Assembly: GCA_964016885.1 (NCBI GenBank)
Contig: OZ024742.1
Span: 96,658,001-96,722,000, forward strand
Length of the DNA: 64,000 bases
Reading direction: 5' to 3'
Source of the DNA: Eledone cirrhosa
Lineage: Eukaryota
A program made the translations under genes and the position numbers. The notes below the pieces were generated by a model. That model was not told the origin of the DNA, ran no database searches, and saw only the letters and a program-made list of their open reading frames with translations. Positions 58,022 through 64,000 of the stretch are shown here, piece by piece (position 1 is the first letter of the stretch; every line of letters begins with the position of its first letter).

Positions 58022-58419
58022 CTATTCTCAGCTAAGTCTCCAGGCAATGCGCGGGCACTAGGGACTCATATAAAAATAATAATAATTCGGTGGATGGAAC
58101 AGCTAGCGGGGACTGGATTCCATGCACTGAAAAGTTCGCTGTCTCTGATCAAATGGCAGATTCTAAAGAATCAATCACGTGACACTGAGGCTAGTCGGAA
58201 GGAGTGGGTTGGTAAGATGACAAAGGCCTACTACCACACCAATGAATTAGTAGTGGAGTTGGCAGGTTTGCTCAACAGATAAATAATTTGGAGATAAATA
58301 TAGAAAATTTAGTATATCTACCAACATATGCGTACACATGTACACTAATGCTAGCAAATACATAGGTTATGTCATAGTACCTAGGTGGTTCAATGCAGGA
58401 GGATGCAGAACAATAATAT

Positions 58420-58825
58420 GAAAGACATAATGTATTTGCTAACATTAGTGTACATCTGATTATACAGAGCGATTGTTGGTCAGGCAGAAATTAAAAATTA
58501 GAACTGGAGCTCTGAAATAGCAATATATATATGGATGTATATATAATGTATTTTGCAATACACTTTATGCTTAATTAAAAGCATTTTGAAGACCGTATGC
58601 TATTGTTTTAGAGTAGTGACAAATTCACTTAATTTAATCTCAGCAAACAGGGGAGATAAGCCGACAAGGGCCTTGTTTCGCTTTTGTTGAAGCTTATCAA
58701 GGCTAACTACCCCTCCTGTCTACTGAGATTACTACTCTAAAACAATAGCATACGGTCTTCAAAATGCTTTTAATTAAGCATAAAGTGTATTGCAAAATAC
58801 ATTATATATACATCCATATATATAT
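58420..58825 (-). mobile_element. Family A-related element with a 95-bp inverted arm
   Basis: Inverted repeat 58523-58617 / 58731-58825; shares ggtcttcaaaatg, gctatttcagagc and aatttctgcc with family A. Confidence 0.8.
58659..58704 (-). ncRNA. Type I hammerhead with U3:A8 core
   Basis: agcc TTGATAA gctt-caacaa-aagc GAAA caaggcccttg TC ggct; outer stem taatctcag/ctgagatta. Confidence 0.8.
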
Positions 58826-58833
58826 ATATATAT

Positions 58834-58906
<73 letters not shown>

Positions 58907-58921
58907 CATACATATATATGT

Positions 58922-58952
<31 letters not shown>

Positions 58953-59059
58953 CATACATATATATATATATATATATACATACATATATATGTATACATA
59001 CATATATATATATATATATATACATACATACATATGTATACATACATATATATATATAT

Positions 59060-59118
<59 letters not shown>

Positions 59119-59224
59119 CATACATATATATGTATACATACATATATATATATATATATACATACATATATATGTATACATACATATATATATATATACA
59201 TACATATATATGTATACATACATA

Positions 59225-59307
<83 letters not shown>

Positions 59308-59387
59308 TATATACATATATCTATATATATACATATATACCTATATATATATATACCTATATATATATATAAATATTTATATATATT

Positions 59388-59469
<82 letters not shown>

Positions 59470-59492
59470 CATATATATATAAATATATAAAC

Positions 59493-59531
<39 letters not shown>

Positions 59532-59555
59532 CTCATTTATATATATATATATAAA
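58826..59555. repeat. (TA)n/(TACA)n array
   Basis: Direct reading. Confidence 0.97.
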
Positions 59556-60229
59556 CTCATTTATTTCTTTGTTAATGACTATATTAGATATTTATGTATC
59601 AAATTATCACTAGTCTTAATATTTTCCATTACATTTTTCCTATCCCTTGTTTCTAACATAAATTTATATATATAAACGCTTAGTAACTTTTTTTCTATCA
59701 CACGTTTTGCAACCCGTGACGTATTAACTCTCGTGGCCAATAGAGAAAGGATTGTTATTACTATTAATTATCGTTATTATTATTGCTGTTACTGTTATTG
59801 CTGTTAAAGATTGTATTCTTGTATTAAGGATTTCTTACAAGAGAAGAAAACACCTCATCAAATTCAATACAATTCTCGATATTTTCTTTGATCTCTGCAC
59901 CGGCTATTATCACCTTTGATCTGTCAACACTCCCCATAGTCACCTCTTTGATCAATCAACCCCTCTATTGTCACCTTTGAATACTGATTTTTCTATTGCG
60001 TTCTGAATCAATCAAGTCCAAAGATAAGCAAAATAAGTTGTCAATTCTAGATGAAGGTGATGGTGATGATGTTGGTGGCGGTGGAGGAGATGTGGTGGGG
60101 GTGGCTGTGGCGGTGGTAGTGGAGGTAGCTGTGTTGACAGTGTCGATGTTATTCGTGTTGGTGGTGGTGGCGGCGGTGATGGTATTGACTGTGTCGTTGT
60201 TAATGGTGGTGGCAGTAATAACGGTGGTA

Positions 60230-62620
60230 ACATTGGTGGGGGTGGTAGCAACAGTGGTGAGGGTGGTAGCAACAGTGATAATGGTGGTAGCAGTGGTGGG
60301 GGTGGTAGCAACAGTGATAATGGTGGTAGCAATGGTGGGGGTGGTAGCCACAGTGATAATGGTGGTAGCAATGGTGGGGGTGGTAGCAACAGTGATAATG
60401 GTGGTAGCAGTGGTGAGGGTGGTAGCCACAGTGATAATGGTGGTAGCAGTGGTGATGGTGGTAACAACAGTGATAATGGTGGTAGCAGTGGTGGGGGTGG
60501 TAGCAACAGTGATAATGGTGGTAGCAATGGTGGGGGTGGTAGCCACAGTGATAATGGTGGTAGCAGTGGTGAGGGTGATAACAGCAGTGATAATGGTGGT
60601 GGCAGTGGTGGGGGTGGTAGCCACAGTGATAATGGTGGTAGCAGTAGTGAAGGTGGTAGAAAACAGTGATAATGGTGTGGCAGTGGTGGGGGTGGTAACA
60701 GCAGTGATAATGGTGGTGGTAGTGGTGGGGGTGGTAGCCACAGTGATAATGGTGGTAGCAGTGGTGAGGGTCGTAGCAACAGTGATAATGGTGGTAGCAG
60801 TGGTGGGGGTGGTAGCCACAGTGATAATGGTGGTAGCAGGGGTGAAGGTGGTAGAAAACAGTGATAATGGTGGTGGCAGTGGTGGGGGTGGTAGCCACAG
60901 TGATAATGGTGGTAGCAGTGGTGAGGGTGGTAACAGCAGTGATAATGGTGGTGGCAGTGGTGGGGGTGGTAGCCACAGTGATAATGGTGGTAGCAGTGGT
61001 GATGGTGGTAGCCACAGTGATAATGGTGGTAGCAGTGGTGAAGGTGGTAGAAAACAGTGATAATGGTGGTGGCAGTGGTGGGGGTGGTAGCCACAGTGAT
61101 AATGGTGGTAGCAGTGGTGAGGGTCGTAGCAACAGTGATAATGGTGGTAGCAGTGGTGGGGGTGGTAGCAACAGTGATAATGGTGGTAGCAGTTGTGGGG
61201 GTGGTAGCCACAGTGATAATGGTGGTAGCAGTGGTGAGGGTGGTAGCCACAATGATAATGGTTGTAGCAGTGGTGAGGGTGGTAACAGCAGTGATAATGG
61301 TGGTGGCAGTGGTGGGGGTGGTAGCCACAGTGATAATGGTGGTAGCAGTGGTGAAGGTGGTAGAAAACAGTGATAATGGTGGTGGCAGTCGTGGGGGTGG
61401 TAGCCACAGTGATAATGGTGGTAGCAGTGGTGAGGGTCGTAGCAACAGTGATAATGGTGGTAGCAGTGGTGGGGATGGTAGCAACAGTGATAATGGTGGT
61501 AGCAGTTGTGGGGGTGGTAGCCACAGTGATAATGGTGGTAGCAGTGGTGAGGGTGGTAGCCACAATGATAATGGTGGTAGCAGTGGTGAGGGTGGTAACA
61601 GCAGTGATAATGGTGGTGGCAGTGGTGGGGGTGGTAGCCACAGTGATAATGGTGGTAGCAGTGGTGAGGGTGGTAATAGCAGTGATAATGGTGGTGGCAG
61701 TGTGTGTGTGTGGGGGGGGGGGGGTAGCCACAGTGATAATGGTGGTAGCAGTGGTGAGGGTGGTAATAGCAGTGATAATGGTGGTGGCAGTGGTGGGGGT
61801 GGTAGCCACAGTGATAATGGTGGTAGCAGTGGTGGGGGTGGTGACAGCAGTGATAATGGTGGTGGTAGTGGTGGGGGTGGTAGCCACAATGATAATGGTG
61901 GTAGCAGTGTTGAGGGTGGTAGCAACAGTGATAATGGTGGTAGCGATGGTGGGGGTGGTAGCAACAGTGATAATGGTGGTAGCAGTGGTGGGGTGGTAGC
62001 AACAGTGATAATGGTGGTAGCAGTTGTGGGGGTGGTAGCCACAGTGATAATGGTGGTAGCAGTGGTGGGGGTGGTAGCCACAGTGATAATGGTGGTAGCA
62101 GTTGTGAGGGTGGTAGCCACAGTGATAATGGTGGTAGCAGTTGTGGGGGTGGTAACAGCAGTGATAATGGTGGTGGCAGTGGTGGGGGTGGTAGCCACAG
62201 TGATAATGGTGGTAGCAGTGGTGGGGGTGGTAGCCACAGTGATAATGGTGGTAGCAGTGGTGAGGGTGGTAGCCACAGTGATAATGGTGGTAGCAATGGT
62301 GAGGGTGGTAGCCACAATGATAATGGTGGTGGCAATGGTGGGGGTGGTAGCCACAGTGATAATGGTGGTAGCAGTGGTGAGGGTGGTAACAGCAGTGATA
62401 ATGGTGGTAGAAGTTGTGGGGGTGGTAGCCACAGTGATAATGGTGGTAGCAGTGGTGGGGGTGGTAGCCACAGTGATAATGGTGGTAGCAGTGGTGAGGG
62501 TGGTAGCCACAGTGATAATGGTGGTAGCAGTGGTGAGGGTGGTAACAGCAGTGATAATGGTGGTGGCAGTGGGGGGGGGGGGGTAGCCACAGTGATAATG
62601 GTGGCGGCAGTGGTGAGGGT
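60230..62620. repeat. 39-bp minisatellite, ~60 units
   Basis: Unit gtagccacagtgataatggtggtagcagtggtgggggtg; 40-bp variant units at 60656, 60851, 61047 and 61360. Confidence 0.95.
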
Positions 62621-62881
62621 GATGCTGGTGTTAATAGCAGGAGAGATAGCAGCTGTGGCAATGGTGGTGGTGACAACAGTGTTGTTGTAAATATTGTTGA
62701 TTATAGCGAAGGCAGCTTTGGTCAAGTAGAATTTTAATCAGTCTTTCCACGACATAGAGCATCTTGGACTAATTTATCTTATGGTTTCTTTTTTAAGTGT
62801 GTGAATTGAGGAGGGTTTGGCTACTATTCCGACAAGAATGATTAACCAGGTCACACTTGGCTAATTTGTGTATAATATATG

Positions 62882-63180
62882 GATGGTGCCTGGCTTAGTG
62901 GTCAGGAGTTTTAACTCATTATAATAAAGTTCGGTAGTTTGATTATCAGCAGTGTGCTGTGTTTCTGAGCAAGACACTTTATTTCGCGCTGCTCTTGTCC
63001 ATTTACCTGGGGGAAATGAGTTCTACCCGTAATTCAAAGAGATAGCCTTGTCCCACTGTGTCCTGTTGAATTTTCCTGACAACTACGTTATGGGTACACG
63101 TGTCTGTGGAATGTTCCACCACTTGCTTGTTAATTTTACAACAGAGTGTTCTAATGTTTGAATCAACAGGGAAAATTGTC
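62882..63180 (+). mobile_element. Old tRNA-derived SINE (head and core like family 2)
   Basis: tggcttagtgg A-box; tgagcaagacactttattt core. Confidence 0.65.
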
Positions 63181-63649
63181 AGAATCCCTGGAGTTCCAAC
63201 CCAGCGTGCATTATAGAGTTTCTCTGATATGTAGAAAATACATGTATTATGGATGTTTGGTTATGCTCGTAATAATTTTTTTTTTTTTTGATTCGACAAG
63301 TAAATATATTTATTTCATAAATAACATTACAAATCGTTTGCAATTCTTTCAGAATAAAAATATAAACTGAGCATATAAATAAATTTACAGTGGAATAACA
63401 TAACAGATATGTTTTACATATATACATAAATAACATGACAAATGCTTCGATAACATTATAAATAGCTCGCGATTCATTCAGAAAGATATATTCTTTTAAT
63501 GTTGCAATATTAAAGAAAATGTAAAGGAAGGGGTGATAACCGAGCCAACACCAGAGCAAAATACAACAACGTCGCGAGTACTGGGCAACCTCTCTAATGA
63601 TTTTTGAGGCAAGCCAGCACACTCGCAGTGTTGACTCGGGTGATTGTTC

Positions 63650-63830
63650 CTGCTTTTGACACACTGCCAGCAATTACTCCAGTTCATTACTGGTGCTTTA
63701 TTTTATTGACTACGTAAGGATGAAAGGCAAAGTTAAACTCGGCGGGATTTGAACTCAGAACGTAAAGGGCCATAACCTTATGCTGCAAACACGGTGTCTG
63801 ATGTTCTATCGATACTGCTAATGCACCGCT
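63650..63830 (-). mobile_element. SINE family 1
   Basis: gtaaggatgaaaggcaaagttaaactcggcgggatttgaactcag. Confidence 0.85.
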
Positions 63831-64000
63831 TATGCTTGTAATATTGGGAAATGTATATATCTGCGTGTACAGATTTTAAACTTGCAATTCAGAAGATCCT
63901 CGTCAGAGTTAAAGCAGTTTCTTTGCGTAAACTTGTTTATATATTTGGTTATATAACAAATATATAAGATTAAATGGAAATACATACATATAATCAATTA

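Noticed and set aside
59971-62725. 800-900 aa ORFs as real CDS
   Set aside because: Stop-free tandem repeat open in several frames; recurrent single-base indels switch the peptide type; no non-repetitive domain.

Overview
AT-rich, repeat-saturated eukaryotic DNA with no host protein-coding gene I can support. The (TA)n density and tRNA-SINE/RTE content suggest an octopus-like mollusc (inference). Recognisable elements: a decayed ~4.4 kb CR1/L2-group LINE; RTE, CRE, Helitron, piggyBac and Tc1/mariner remnants; about 17 tRNA-derived SINE copies; a 39-bp minisatellite; and a nearly intact 5'-truncated Penelope-like element (RT + GIY-YIG, 53564-55388). The main signal lies in the short non-coding islands between (TA)n tracts. 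They are several unrelated families of 0.3-0.6 kb units, each carrying a type I hammerhead ribozyme (about 18 well-formed motifs plus weaker ones), usually with a short palindromic stem III; two families use a compensatory U3:A8 core. The units occur as tandem concatemers with a head-to-head inverted arm, and both outer ends fall at internal TA-like sites fused to (TA)n. One concatemer is joined head-to-head to the Penelope RT ORF. Together this looks like a (TA)n-targeted Penelope/retrozyme system, possibly primed from both strands of the target. All structures were folded by eye; ribozyme activity and mechanism are untested.
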